Origin: Chiloscyllium plagiosum | Taxonomy: Eukaryota | Direction: 5' to 3' | Assembly (NCBI RefSeq): GCF_004010195.1 | Contig: NC_057718.1 | Span: forward strand, 39,229,143 to 39,293,142 | DNA: 64,000 nt | Part shown: positions 40,182 through 53,180 of the stretch, piece by piece | How positions within the stretch are numbered: the stretch's first letter is position 1 | How the letters are laid out: every line of letters starts with the position of its first letter | Position numbers and translations under genes: made by a program | The notes under the pieces: generated by a model | Told to the model about the DNA's origin: nothing | Seen by the model: the letters and a program-made list of their open reading frames with translations, nothing else | Databases searched by the model: none

Positions 40182-41562
40182 CAGAGTCATAGAATCACAG
40201 AGATGTACAGCACAGAAACAAACCCTTCAGTCCAACTCGTTCATGCAGACCAGATATCCTCACTTAATCTAGTTCCATTTGCCAACATTTGGCCCATATC
40301 CCTCTAAATCCCTCCTATTCACATACCCATCCACATGCCTTTTAAATGCTACAATTGTACCAGCCTCCACCACTTCCTCTGGCAGCTTACTCCAGACATG
40401 CACCACCCTCTGCGTGAAAAGGTTGCCCCTTAAGTCTCTTTTATATATTTGTCCTCTCACCCTAAACCTATGCCCTCTACTTCTGGATTCCCCCACCAGA
40501 GTAAAGGCCTTGTTCCCCCTCATGATTTTATAAACCTTTATAAGGTTGTCCCTCAACCTCCGATGCTCCAGGAAAAATTGTCCCAGCCTATTCAGCCTCT
40601 CCCCACAGCTTAAATCCTCCAACCCTGGCAACATCCTTGTAAATCTTTTCTGAACCCTTTCAAGTTTCACAACATCCTTCCGATAGGAAGGAGATCAGAA
40701 TTGCACGCAATATTCCAAAAGTGATCTAACCAACATCCTGTAAGCCGCAACATGACCTCCCAACTCCTGTACTCTATACTCTGACCAATAAAGGAAAGCA
40801 TATCAAACGCCTTCTTCACTATTCTATCTACCTGTGACTCTACTCTCAAGGAATTATGAATCTGCACTCCGAGGTCTCTTTGTTCAGCAACACTTCCCAG
40901 GACCTTACCATTAAGTATATAAGTCCTGCTAAGATTTACTTTCCCAAAATGCAGCACCTCACATTCATCTAAATTAAACTCCATCTGCCTCTCTTCGGCC
41001 CATTGGCCCATCTGATCAAGATCGCATTGTAATCTGAAGTAACCTTCTTTGCTGTCCACGACACCGCTAATTTTGGTGTCATCTACAAACTTACCAAACA
41101 TACCTCCCATGTTCACATCCAAATCATTTATATAAATGATGAAAAGTAGTGGAGCCAGCACCGATCCTTGCGGCACTCCACTGGTCATAAGCCTCCAGTC
41201 TGAAAAGCAACCCTCCACCACCACCACCCTCTGTCTTCTACCTTTGAGCCAGTTCTATATCCAAATGGCTACTTCTCTCTGTATTCCATTAGATCTAACC
41301 TTGCAAACCAGTCTCTCATGGGGAACCTTGTCAAATGCCTTATTGAAGTCCATATAGATCACGTTCACCGCTTTGCCCTCATCAATCCTCTTTGTTACGT
41401 CTTCAAAAAACTCAATCAAGTTCATGAGACATGATTTCCCATGCACAAAGCCATGCTGACTATCCCTAATCAGTCTTTGTCTTTCTAAATACATCTAAAT
41501 CCTATCCCTCAGGATTCCCTCTAACAATTTGTCCACCACCAACATCAGGCTCACCAGCTCAC
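40182..41562 (-). mobile_element. CR1/HER1-like LINE, 1.4-kb 3' fragment
   Basis: ORFs 41255-41494 (QHGF..SCL.NL..MDFNKAFDKVPH), 40667-41227 (GVPQGSVL) and 40269-40670. CAGAGT at both junctions. Confidence 0.93.
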
Positions 41563-41929
41563 CAGAGTAGAGGAGAATTTTATCTCTCAGGAAGTTGTTA
41601 ATGCATGGAATTCTCTTCCCCAGAAAGCAATGGAGGCTGGGTCATTGCATTTGTTGAAGGTTGAGTTAGATGGAGTTTTAATAGACAAGGGAGTCATGCA
41701 TTTGAGGGGGGCAGAAAGGAGGGTAGAGTTGGGAACACAACCCCATCAGTCAAGATCTTAATGAAAGGCAAAGAAGGCTGAAAAGATCTATCCTACACCT
41801 AGTCTGTGTTTCCTTGGATGAAGAATCTGGAACTAGATGACATTTCTTTTAAAAACAAAACTAATGCAAAATGTAGCTTCTCAGTAAAAAATCAGTCTGG
41901 AAAAGGCAAACATGTAGAAAGCATGTAGC

Positions 41930-42190
41930 ATGCCTTCCATGACTTCAGGATTTTACAAAGCACTTTATGTACTTTTGGACAGTATAGTTTTTTATTATTG
42001 TGTTGGGAATATTCACACAGAGTGACACAGCAAACAGCAATGTGCCAATGACTAGATTTATTTCAATGATATCGACTGAAGAATAAATACAGACCATGAA
42101 AACCACCACCACTCTCCAAATAAAATGGAATCTTTTCAATCCACCTGAGACATCAGACAGCGCCTCAGTTCAAAGGTTCATTAAACAGTT
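41930..42190 (-). mobile_element. Deu-type SINE relic
   Basis: gccttccatgacttcagga...caaagcacttta...ggaatcttttcaatccacctgaga...gcctcagtt. Confidence 0.45.
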
Positions 42191-42537
42191 CCAGAAGATT
42201 GTCCTTGTGACAGTCCTATAATTGTTCCGATTTTTTTAATTGTTCACTATCTTGCAGAAGCTATTCCACAGTAAAAATGTGCAGTATAGGATCATTTTTA
42301 AACTCATCATCACTGGGTCTAAAGAGGCCATGAGGTCTTGTTGATTGTGCCACAGATACGACCTGATGAGATTTAGAATGTGACAGCTACAGACTTGCAC
42401 AGGTCTTCCCAGGATAGCGCTACGTTTCTCAACTTATAAATTAATTTATTTATGTAGTAAGGTAATAATTACGCTCAGTTTTAAAGTACAAATATTATGC
42501 ATCTTAGGGTGTAAACAATGCTTTATACATTTGGATT

Positions 42538-42847
42538 GGCACAGTAGCTCAGCAGTTAGCACTACTGACTCATAGCACCAGGAGCCTGGGTTCAATTCCA
42601 GTATCGGGGAACTGTCTGTGTGGAGTTTGCACACTCTCCCTGTGTCTGTGTGGGCTTCCTCCCACAGCCCAAAGATGTGCAGGTTAGGTGAATTGGCTGT
42701 GCTAAGTTGCCTGCAGTGTTCCAGGATGTGTAGGTGAGGCGCCTTAGTCAGGGGAAATATAGGGTAGGAGAATGGGTCTGGGTGGATTACTCTTTAGAGA
42801 ATCAGTGTTGGGCCAAAGGGCCTGTTTCCACAGTGTAGGGATTCTAT
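42538..42847 (+). mobile_element. HE1-like V-SINE
   Basis: tRNA head with gggttcaattcc, V-domain, tail gggcctgtttccacagtgtagggattcta. Confidence 0.85.
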
Positions 42848-43151
42848 ACTAATCAACAGCCACAAGCAGCACGATGACCTCTTACTTTATAAATGTTAAC
42901 TGACCTTTAGAGAATTTTTGTACATTCCATGCAACAAAATATTGTATCTAGTACTTCGTAACGAATAGTGACAATTTTCTCAGTTCAATCTTTAAAATAT
43001 TCAGGGTTACTTGAAATTAAGTATTTGAAATTCCTTACCAGGAGGTAGCATCATTAATGGTTTAGAGTGATCGCAACTTGTTTCAGTCAAACAAATAGCA
43101 TTCACACTTTTTATTGTTTCAAATATAAGGTGCATCTGGGCTAAACATTCT

Positions 43152-44848
43152 GGGCTGAATCTTATTGGGGTCTGAGTGACATGAGTGATGATAAAGTTAG
43201 TGGGAGAATTGGACAAGACGTCTAGTGAAACTGATCTCGATCTCAGGAGCAGCTCATTGCATCCTTAATGGCTTTTAGAACAGTAAGGCGGGTTTCTCAT
43301 GAGGCAACGATGCGTTGCCAATTAAGAAGGATTAAAGCTTGTATAAATGCCTATTGGTGACCCAATCCATCTCATTAATATTCAGCTTTCTATCTTATCA
43401 AACTCATCAAACAAGCTAGGCATCAAGCAATCTTAACATAGAAACCACACTCACTCCCAACAATCCCTACATTGGATACTGGGCACCAAAATCTCAGGGC
43501 AAGCTCCAAGGCACTGGCCACATGTATTCCACGTCCATGGACATTGGTATCCACCATGTGTCAGCCTCTGAGAACGCTCACTTCTGCACTTCAATGCTGC
43601 ACCTCAGGTTGCACCAGGAACTATCACTGTAATACTGTAGCAAGGACTCCGTGCACTCAGGGACATGCACTCAGCTCATCAACTTGATCAGGCTCTTCAC
43701 TCACTGTCATAGCACACACACTCTGAGCATACCTGGATGCTGACAGCATCTCTGCCTAGCATTGCTTGCATTGCCTTTAAGCACTCTACACCCTCAGCCA
43801 GAGACACCAGGCTCATATTATTTCTGTTTTGCCTTTCAGGACAAAGGTCAGAAACCATGCAGGCAGGTTCAGACTGATAGTGCTTGTCTGGGTGTACAAT
43901 GGCCTTTAAGAGATGGCAAAGCACCAGAGATACCCAAGGAACTCAAGGATATCTGCTGAGCAGTGAGATTTTAGCACAGACACAAAGGACGGAAGTTTGT
44001 CATGGTTGCCAGCAGTCCTCAGTCAGTTAGCCATTGTTCAGGAGGTCCTGGAATGGTAAGTCCGGAGGGCATGCGTGGTTAATGTTGTCAGGAATTTTAG
44101 GTGGGTGAGATTGAGGGAGGAAAGATGGTGAGGGGAATAGAGAGAGTGCTGGAGTCTGATCCTTGGTGGGAGCTGGATACAGCAGCAGAGATAGTGAGTG
44201 TAAGGTATCAAAAAGAAGATGGTGGCACATACCCTTCCTCCTACACTGCTGGGCATTCTTTCAGATGGCTGAAACTGCTTCAACCAGGTGGCAATCTCAC
44301 ACCAGGCTGGATTGGTGTGGTATCATGGCCTTCACTGCTCATCCTCAAGGGAACAGGAAGTTCCAGGGTTGCACCAGCCTGTCCAGTAGTACATCCTGTG
44401 TACATAATGGGTGCCAATTTTCCCTGTCTGTCACTTTCAGGACAAATTCCAGGAATCATGGAGGCAGTTCCAGCCTGATAGTGCTTGCCTGGGTGTACAA
44501 TGGCCTTTTAGAGATGGCAAAGCACCAGAGATGCCCAAGGAACTTGAGGATATCTGCTGAGCAGCGAGTTGCTCTGGGAATGAATCACTGTGATGGACAT
44601 CATAGGGACGTGGCATGTAGTTAACCTTTTAGAGATGGCAAAGCACCAGAGATGCCCAAGGAACTTGAGGATATCTGCTGAGCAGCGAGTTGCTCTGGGA
44701 ATGAATCACATGTGATGGACATCATAGGGACGTGGCATGTAGTTAATGAGGTGAGTTAATCAGACACAGCGAGAAACTTCACTCAGTCTCGTGGCAGAAT
44801 ATTCAAAACTTTGAGGCAACTCCAACTTAACCAAATCCGAATCAGCCC
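43152..44848 (-). mobile_element. Probable PIF/Harbinger-derived relic with Myb/SANT-like coding remnant
   Basis: Minus strand near 44230-44320 gives PAWCEIATW and KNAQQCRRK, like the W..IA..V...R...QCRKK trihelix of Harbinger DNA-binding proteins. GGGCTGA (43152) and TCAGCCC (about 44847) are short candidate inverted ends. Confidence 0.45.
44504..44746. repeat. 121/122-bp tandem duplication
   Basis: 44504-44624 and 44625-44746 are identical except for one extra A (tcactgtg vs tcacatgtg). Confidence 0.95.
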
Positions 44849-45807
44849 CCTGTCTTTGTATAACAACTCTGGATCCAGTTCTGAGGTTCATGTAATGCAT
44901 TCAGAAAGGATAATTCTATGATCCATAAAATGCTTTGATCGCTTCTATCATGTAATTGGAGATTTCTTTATATTTTAATGTCTAATTAGAAATTCAATCC
45001 AACCCTGCTGGTGATTGAGTTGTTCTCAGAGATCATTGTGTTCTCTCTAAACAGTAGTCAGAATAATTACTGATTATTCTGCCCTAATTTATCATATTAA
45101 ACTAGAATTAACATGCTCTCTATACAACATTTTAATCCATTTGAGACATTCAATTACAGATTTAAAAACTGAATTCCATTTCAACATTACACTACACATA
45201 ATTGCTTATGTGAAAGACAGACTTGTATTTATATACAACTTGCCATATTATCGGAACTACCCAAACCATTCAATAGCCAAAGTATTTTTAAAGTGTTAAT
45301 TGTTTTTTAAATTGTTCCCAACACAGCAATAAGGCACCATCATTAAACATGGCCATCATAGCCCATTTGGGGCTGCACAGATACACCCACAATGCAGCTC
45401 CAACAAGTGACAGGTACAGGAAGTTTTCAACAGACATTTTGAATGTAAAACTGTAGTTATGTCCTAGAATATATTCTCTAGGGAAAGTGTGGTCAATTTA
45501 TTTTTATTTTATACATTCAACGGAACTCCCTTTTTTTGGCTGAGTGCATTTGCAATGAGCTTTTGTTTGAGAGATTTCCACCAGAAGGGATTTCTTGACT
45601 ATTGCTGATTTCCGTGCTGAGATTTCATGACATCTAACTTGTTTAGCAAGTTTGGTAAGACAGAAACCTGAAAGGTGATGCAGCAAGTTGGGCTGTTAAC
45701 GACCATTTAAGGCATTTAACGATCAATAATCTCCCCTTTTTTGGAAACTTGCTATTGCCTTGAGAAATTTGCCAGTTTGCTTATGAAGAATATAAAGGCT
45801 GCAGTGT

Positions 45808-45922
45808 GGGGCTTTTGGAGTGCAATGGTAATGCTGCTACCTTTGGATCAAAATGCCTGGGTTCAAGTTCCACCTGCTCTGAAGATGTGAAATAATATTT
45901 CTGAACAGACTGATTAGAAAAT
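45808..45922 (+). mobile_element. Short tRNA-headed SINE
   Basis: gtgcaatggtaatg...gggttcaagttccacctgctc, homologous to the 30525 and 62258 copies. Confidence 0.55.
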
Positions 45923-46660
45923 GCATCAAGAAACTGATGTCAAGATGGGCTTTGCCTAACTTTGCAAGTGACTCTGCCATTTCACCATGACCTATGTTAC
46001 TTAAATCCCTATAAAATTCCACCTAATGTTTTCTGCTATTCAAAGGAACTGCATTTGGATATCAGTGTTTTAATACTTGGTGGAAGCTCATGTTGTCAAA
46101 AATACCATGGATGACACCGATAGACTTTTCTCTATGGATCTTTATCAGGAATGAACAGCATTGCAAATTTCAAAACAACGTTCCAATTTTATGCATGATT
46201 GCATCTTGCTCCACCCAGCAATGGTGTTAGCCACAATCTCTGTCTTCTGAAATGTTTTCAAAAGTTGTTCTAGTGAGCAGAAACCTCTGATAAAGCATTA
46301 ATAACCAAAGTATGAAATTTATAAAGAGTTTGCTGTTGTACAGCAATAATTTCTTAAATTAGACTGCATGCCTGAATTATCTACATAAACTAGATTTATA
46401 TTATTCAATTACCTAAAATATGAATCGTGAACAGGACACACTTGAATGGAGTGCAAAATTAAATAGGCTTAACATTTAATTTAATTTCACCTGGAATGAT
46501 CAATTTATTCATGAAAGTAATAAGATATTTATAATTAAGATATATTACTCCTAATCATAAGATTAAATGAATCCTATTTATTAGTTTATCAATCAATTCA
46601 CAGACAGCTGTACCCACCACTCCTACTTGTGCCTTGTGTATAGTGGACAGGCTTCACATA

Positions 46661-47310
46661 AAGTCATAGAGATGTACAGCACGGAAACAGACCCTTCGGT
46701 CCAACTCATCCATGCCAACCAGATATCCTAACCTAATCTAGTCCCATTTGCCAGCACATGGCCCATATTCCTTTAAACACTTCCTCTTCACATACCCATC
46801 CAGATGCCTTTTAAATGTTGTAATTGTACCAACCTTCACCAATTCCTCTGGCAGCTCATTCCATACACGCACCATCCCTTGCATGAAAATGTTGCCCCTT
46901 AGGTCCCTTTTAAATTTTCCCCTCCCACCATAAACCTACGCCCTCTAATTCTGGACTCCCCCACCCCAGGAAAAAGATCTTCTCTATTTAGCCTATCCAT
47001 GCCCCTCTGATTTTATAAATCTCTATAAGCTCACCCCTCAATCTCCAACGCTCCAGGAAAAATAGCCCCAGCCTATTCAGCCTCTCTAATATAGCTCAAA
47101 CCTTCCAAACCTGGCAACATCCTTGTAAATATTTTCTGAACCCTTTCAAGTTTCACAGCATCCTTCCTATAGTAGGGAGACCAGAATTTCACACAATATT
47201 CCAAAAGTAGCCTAACCAATGTCCTGTACAGCCACAACATGACCTCCCAACTCCTATACTCACTCAATGCTATGACCAATAAAGGAAAGCATACCAAATT
47301 CCTCTCTTCA
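46661..47310 (-). mobile_element. CR1/HER1-like 3' fragment
   Basis: LYRTLVRLLLEYCVKFWSPYYRKD; tail agtcatagagatgtacagc. Confidence 0.9.
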
Positions 47311-47329
47311 TTTACAAACATGAGTCTCT

Positions 47330-47815
47330 TATATCATCTCGATGTCCTACTGTTTGTGTGGCTGGACTATGGAAGTTTCTGGTCAATGATGATTGCAAGG
47401 TCTCGCTATCAACAGATTTGGCAGTAGCAATACCATTAGTAGCTGCCTGGATGCTCTCTCTAATTAGAGATAGTCATTAATTGACACTTGTACGCCATGT
47501 AACATTTGTGCCATTTACCAGTCCAAGTCTGAATATTGTTTCGATTATGCAGCATTCATTATCTGAGGAACAACATATTCTGACACGTCATCAGCAAGCA
47601 GTCCACCTCTGGCATGAATGGAAGAAAGATAATGGAGGAACAAATAAATGTAGTGCTGCCTCTGATGCTTCCCTGAAGAATATGTATAGCACTGTGCTAT
47701 AATTTAAATCATTAGCTTCCAGTGTACCCAATCATGGTCCTTTGTGCCAGTTACTGTAGAAGTTTCTGTCTGACTTCTATTGATTACGTATTTTTTTAAC
47801 TAGGTGCCTTAATGC
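47330..47815 (-). mobile_element. Old non-LTR RT fragment, same family as 6550
   Basis: Decayed similarity (gtaacatttgtgcca...ccaagtctgaatattg...tcatcagcaa) to the reverse complement of 7100-7300. Confidence 0.4.
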
Positions 47816-47822
47816 CATAAAG

Positions 47823-48941
47823 CTTTATGAGGGCAGAGCGGTAGACATTGTCTACATGGACTTCAGTAAAGCCTTTGACAAGGTTCCATTTGGTAGACTA
47901 AGTAGTAAAGTTAGATCACATGGGATTCAGGGACAGTTTGTCAATTGGATACAAAATTGGCTTGATGTTACAAGACAGGGGTGGAGTTCCAGACTGGAGG
48001 CCTGTGACCAGCATTGTTCCACAAGGATCGGTGTTGGGTCCACTTTTGTTTGTCATTTACATAACGATCTGGATGAGAACTTAGGAAGCATGGTTAGTAA
48101 GTTTGCAGATGACATGAAAATTGGTGGCATAGTGGACAGTGAAGAATTTACCTAAGATTACAAAGGGATCTTGATAATTTGAGCCAGTGGGCTGAGGAAT
48201 GGCAATTGGAGTTTAATTTAGATAAATGTGAAATATTGTATTTTGGTAAAACAAACAACGGCAGGGTTTATACAATTAATGGTAGAGCCCTGGATAGTGT
48301 TGTCGAACAGAAAGACCCAGGGGTTGAGATACATGGTTCTTTGAAACTTGCATCACAGTGGTTAAGGCAGCGTTTAGCACACTTGCCTTCAGTGACAGAC
48401 AATTGAATTGGGACTTCATACTGAGGTTGTACAGGATGTTGGTGAGGCCACTTTTGGAGTTCTGTAAACAATTCTAGTCATCCTGTTTTTGGAAGGCTAT
48501 TATCAAATTGGAGAGGGTTCAGAAATGATTCACCAAGATGCTGCCAGGACTGGAGAGTTTGAGTTATAAAGACAGGCTGAATAGGCTGGGAAGTTTTTTC
48601 ACTGGAGTGTAGGAGGTTGAAAGGTGTCTTTATGGAGGTTCATAAAATCATGAGGGGCACAGATATGGTATATTGCTAACATCTTTTTCGTAGGTGGTAT
48701 ATATTAAAGGTGAGAGGGAAAAAATGTAATAGAGAGAGGTTCGTGTGTGGAATGAACTACCAGAGGAAGCGGTAGGTGCAGGTACAATTACAACATTTGA
48801 AAGCCACTTGGACAGGTACCTGAATAGCAAAGCTTTAGAAGAATATGGGGCAAATGCAGGCAATTGGGACTTGTTTAGTTTGGGAAACTTGGTCAGCATG
48901 GACAGGTTGGACCAAAGAGTCTGTCTCTGTGACTCTGTGAT
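47823..48941 (+). mobile_element. CR1/HER1-like fragment
   Basis: MDFSKAFDKVP, KFADDMK, WNELPEEAVGAGTITTF; 3' tail. Confidence 0.9.
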
Positions 48942-50190
48942 TGATATAATCTTCACGGACTTGGAAACAAGATGAACACTGACACTATGTAGTATCAAAC
49001 AGTTGCAGAAAATACTTATAAATCTAACTGATAATCAGTGCAGCTGACATCCTTCTTGTTGCTGCTACCTGAGGCATGGTGACCCTCAGGTTAAACCACC
49101 ACTGGTTGTCTCATTCTGATGAGAAAGCAGCCCTGCGTATACCTAGCACTTATTTCTAGCTCAGCTGAAGTTCTTTTTTGGGCATTTTTGAAATATGTTA
49201 TATTACTAGAATGGTGTCTTCTGTAGCACCATAAGACATAGCATCAAAAGTAGACGTTCAACCCATCAAGGCTGCTCTGCCATTCAATGAGACCGTGGTT
49301 GATCTGATAATCTTCATTTCCATTTTCCTATGCTTTCCCTATTAACCTTGATTTCCTTGCTGATTAAAAATCTCTCTCAGCTTTGAATGTACTTAATGAC
49401 CTAGTCCCTGCGATAAAGAAGTCTGCAGAAATACCACCCTCTAGAAGTAGAAATCCTTCCCCACCTCTATCTTAAATTGACAACCCCTCACTCAGAGATT
49501 ATGGAGTCTGGTCTTATAGTTTCCCACAAGAGGAAACATTTTTCTGCATCAATCCTGTCCACCCATTTAAAATCTAAGTTTCAGTAAGTCATCTCTGATT
49601 CTTCTAAACTTCAATAAGTACAGCCCAACCTACGAAACTTCACCTCATAATAATATCCCTCATATCCTGGATCAACTTAGTGAAGTTTCTGTAGTCTGCC
49701 ACTAATGTCAGTATATCCTTCCTCAGATAACAGAACCAAAACTGTTCCCTGTAATCTAGATGTGATCTAACTGATGCCTTGTATAGTTTTGATCTAGAAT
49801 TCCTACTTTTATACTCCATTCCATCTGAAATAAAGGCCAACATTCTACTTGTCTTCCCTAATACCTGTTGAACTTTATCCCAGCTTTTTGTGATTTATGT
49901 ACAAGAACCCCCAAACCGTATTTTCTGCAGCTCTCTACAGTCTTTCATCATTTAAATAATATTTCCCCTGCCAACTAGCACAAACTCACATCTTCCCACA
50001 TTATATTCAATCTGCCAAGGGTTTTCCTTCTCACTTAAGTTGTCTATATCCCTCTGCAGAGTCTTTGAGTCATCCTCAACACTTGCCTTCCCATCTAATT
50101 TTGCATCATCTGCAAATCTGGCGATGATATACTCACTTCCACCATTCAAGTCATTACTGTGGTCCCTGTAATCATTGCTATGGCACGTTA

Positions 50191-50509
50191 TTAGATTAGA
50201 TTACTTACAGTGTGGAAACAGGCCCTTCGGCCCAACAAGTCCATACCGACCCTCCAAAGAGAAACCCACCCAGACCCATTCCCCTACATTTACCCCTTCA
50301 CCTAACACTATGGGTAATTTAGCATGGCCAATTCACCTAACCGGCACATTTTTGGACTGTGGGAGGAAGCCAGAGCACCTGGAGGAAACCCACACAGACA
50401 CGGGGAGAATGTGCAAACTCCACACAGACAGTTGCCTGAGGTGGGAATTGAACCGAGGTCTCTGGCGCTGTGCGGCAGCAGTGCTAACCACTGTACCACC
50501 GTGCCGCCC
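50191..50509 (-). mobile_element. Full-length HE1-like V-SINE
   Basis: GGGCGGCACGG head, V-domain, (TAATC)n tail. Confidence 0.92.
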
Positions 50510-50638
50510 ATAGTTACAGGTTCACATCCTGAAAATTACTGCCTTATCCCAACTCTCTTACATCAGCATTGATAGAGGATTGGCTATGTAATGTACGGCA
50601 CACAACATCATAGGTTCCTATATTATTAAGTAGCCTTT

Positions 50639-51693
50639 CATAGAGTCAGAGAGTCATAGATTCATACAGCAAGGCAACAAACCCTTCAATCCAGCCTATT
50701 TGCATTGGCCAGACATCCCAAGCTGACCTAATCCCATTTGCCAGCATTAGGCCCTTATCCCTCTAAACCCTCCCTATTTATATATACCCATCCAGGTGCC
50801 TTTTAAAAGTTGTCAGTGTACCAGTCTCCACCACTTCTTCTGGCAGCTCATTCCATATACACACCACCCTCTGTGTGAAAATGTTATTCCTCAGCTCACT
50901 CTTAAATCTTTCTCCTCTCACATTAAATCTATGCCCTCTAGTTTTGGACTCCTCCACCCGAGGAAAAAGAACTTGGCTATTCACCCTATCCATACCCTCA
51001 TGATTTTATAAACCTCTATAAGATCATCCCTCCTCCTCTGATGCTCCAGGGAAAATAGCCACAAGCCTATTCAGCCTCTCCCTATAGCTCAAACCCTCCA
51101 GTCCTGGCAACATCCTTGTAAATCTTTTCTGCAGCCTCTCAAAATTAACAACATACTTCCTATACAAGGGCAACCAGAACTGTATACGGCATTCCAAAAG
51201 TGGCCTCACCAATCTCCTATGCAGCTGTAACATGATACTCCAACTCCTGTTTTCAATTTTCTGACCAATGAAGGTAAGCATGCCAAATGCCTACTTCATC
51301 ACCCTGTCTCCCTGTGACTCCCCTTTCAAGGAACTATGCACCTGCACCCCTAGGTCTTTTTGTTTGTCAACATTTCCCAGGGTCAGAAAGTATGGCGCTG
51401 GAAAAGCACAGCAGGTCAGGCAGCATCCAAGGAGCGGGAGAGTCGACATTTCGGGCATAAGCCTTTCATCAACACTCCATAGGACTCTACCACTAACTGG
51501 TCCTGCCCTTGTTTGCCTTACCAAAATGCAACACCTCACATTTATCTAAATTAAGCTCCAATGATACCATCTGATTAAGGTCCCACTGTACTCTGAGATG
51601 ATCTTTTTCTTACATAAATGACAAAAAGGATTGGGATGTGAATATAGGAGGCATGGTTAGCAAGTTTGCAGATAACACCAAAATAGAAGTGGT
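50639..51693 (-). mobile_element. CR1/HER1-like fragment with 5' inversion
   Basis: Minus-strand ORF2 end (RLVRPLLECRIQFW). 51629-51690 is the upstream RT segment (NIGGMVSKFADNTK) in plus orientation. Confidence 0.85.
51384..51470 (-). mobile_element. Penelope pLTR-type insertion (family A) inside CR1
   Basis: gctggaaaagcacagcaggtcaggcagcatcc...gtcgacatttcgggcataagcctttcatca, with a diverged flanking repeat caaca...agg (10/14). Confidence 0.75.
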
Positions 51694-52131
51694 GCAGTAT
51701 TTTATCAAATGCCTTTTGAAAATTAGTAAATTGCATCTACTGGATTCCCCCTTATCTATCCTCCTTACTATCTCCTCAAAGAATTCCAGTAATTTTTTTC
51801 AAGCAGGATTTCTTCTTCATGAAGCCATACTGACTTTTTTCATTATACTCTGTGTTTCTAAATGCTCTGGGATTACACCCTCTAAAACAAAGTGTAACAT
51901 TTTTTCAATGACATATGTTAACCTCACTGGCCTATAGTTAATGGATTTTTGTCTTGCACTCCACTAAGTAAGTGCTATACTGGCAGTTTCCCAATTTTCT
52001 GGGACTTTTTGAAAATCTAAAGATTCTTAAAAGATTTCTACAAGTGTATCCAAAATCTCTGTAGCTGCTTTCTTTAATATCCAAGAACACAAATCATCAG
52101 ATTCAGGGTCAATCGGCCTTCGTCCCTTTTA

Positions 52132-53180
52132 GACTAAAAGACATAGGAGCAGAAAGTAGGCCACTCAGCCCATCAAGTCTGCTCCAGCAGCCAATCATGG
52201 CTGATAAGTTTCTCAACCCCATTCTGCCACTTTCTCCCTGTAATACTTGATCCCCTTCATACTCAAGGACCTATCTTTCTCAGTCTTAAATATACTCAAT
52301 GACCTGGCCTCCACAGCCTTTTCTGGCACTGAATTCCATAGATTCAACACTGTCTGTTTGAAAAGGTTTATCCTTATCGCTGTTCTAAAAGGTCTTTCCT
52401 TTACTCTAAGGCCGTGCCCTTGGGTCCTAGTCTCTCTTACCAATGGAAACATCTTCGCAACATCCACTCTGTCCAGGCCATTCAGTATTCTGCAAATTTC
52501 AATTAGATCTCCCTCATCCTTCTAAACTCCATTGAGTATAGACCCAGAGTCCTCAAACATTCCTCATATATTAAACTTTCCATTCCTGGGACCATTCTCG
52601 TGAATTTCCTCTGAACACGCTCCAGGGCCAATATATTCTTCTGGAGATATGGGACCCAAAACTGCGAACAATATTCCAGAACTTCAGACATACATGCCAG
52701 CTTTTATATTCAAGTTCTCTCAAAATAAATGCCATCATTGCATTTGCCTTCCTAAGTACTGACTCAACCTGCAAGTTTACCTTGAAAGAAACCTGGACTA
52801 AAACTCCCAAGTCTCTTTGCACTTCAGACTTCTAAATTTTCTCCCCATTTAGAAAATAGCCCAAGTCTCTATTCTTCCTATCAAAATGCATGACCTCACA
52901 CTTTCCCACGCTGTACTCCATCTGCCACTTCTTTGCCCAATCTCTTAATCTGTCCAAATCCTTCAGCAGCCTCCCCATCTCCTCAATGCTACCTGTCCCT
53001 CTACCTATCTTTGTATCATCTGCAAACTTAGCCAGAATGCCCTCAGTTCCCTCATCTAGATCATTTATGTATAAAGTGAAAAGTTGTGGTCCCAACACTA
53101 AGCCTTGTGGAACACAACTTGTCACTGGCTGCCACCCTGAGAAGGATCCTTTTATTCCCACTCTCTGCTTTCTGTCAGTC
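52132..53180 (-). mobile_element. CR1 LINE 3' fragment (third subfamily)
   Basis: VPQGLVLGPQLFTLYINDL..KFADDTK; LEYCSQFWVP; tail taaaagacataggagcag. Confidence 0.9.

Larger units (their letters stand above)
38885..41800 (+). mobile_element. Old CR1 LINE (host of nested SINE and CR1)
   Basis: Decayed ORF2 (cacctggagtact; ttggagtttagagattgggagatg). Resumes after 41563 with gaggagaattttatctctcagg...tggaattctcttccc. Confidence 0.65.

Noticed and set aside
40182..41562. Active autonomous LINE or domesticated RT
   Set aside because: 5'-truncated and broken into several frames; no endonuclease domain or ORF1.
44101..44624. 125-aa and 153-aa plus-strand ORFs
   Set aside because: No recognisable domain; they lie antisense to a decayed transposon remnant.
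44504..44746. CRISPR-like or other prokaryotic repeat array
   Set aside because: Two adjacent long units with no spacers, in vertebrate intronic DNA. No cas or operon-like ORFs anywhere in the window.
50430..50509. tRNA gene-like A/B boxes
   Set aside because: SINE heads continuing into the V-domain; no complete cloverleaf.
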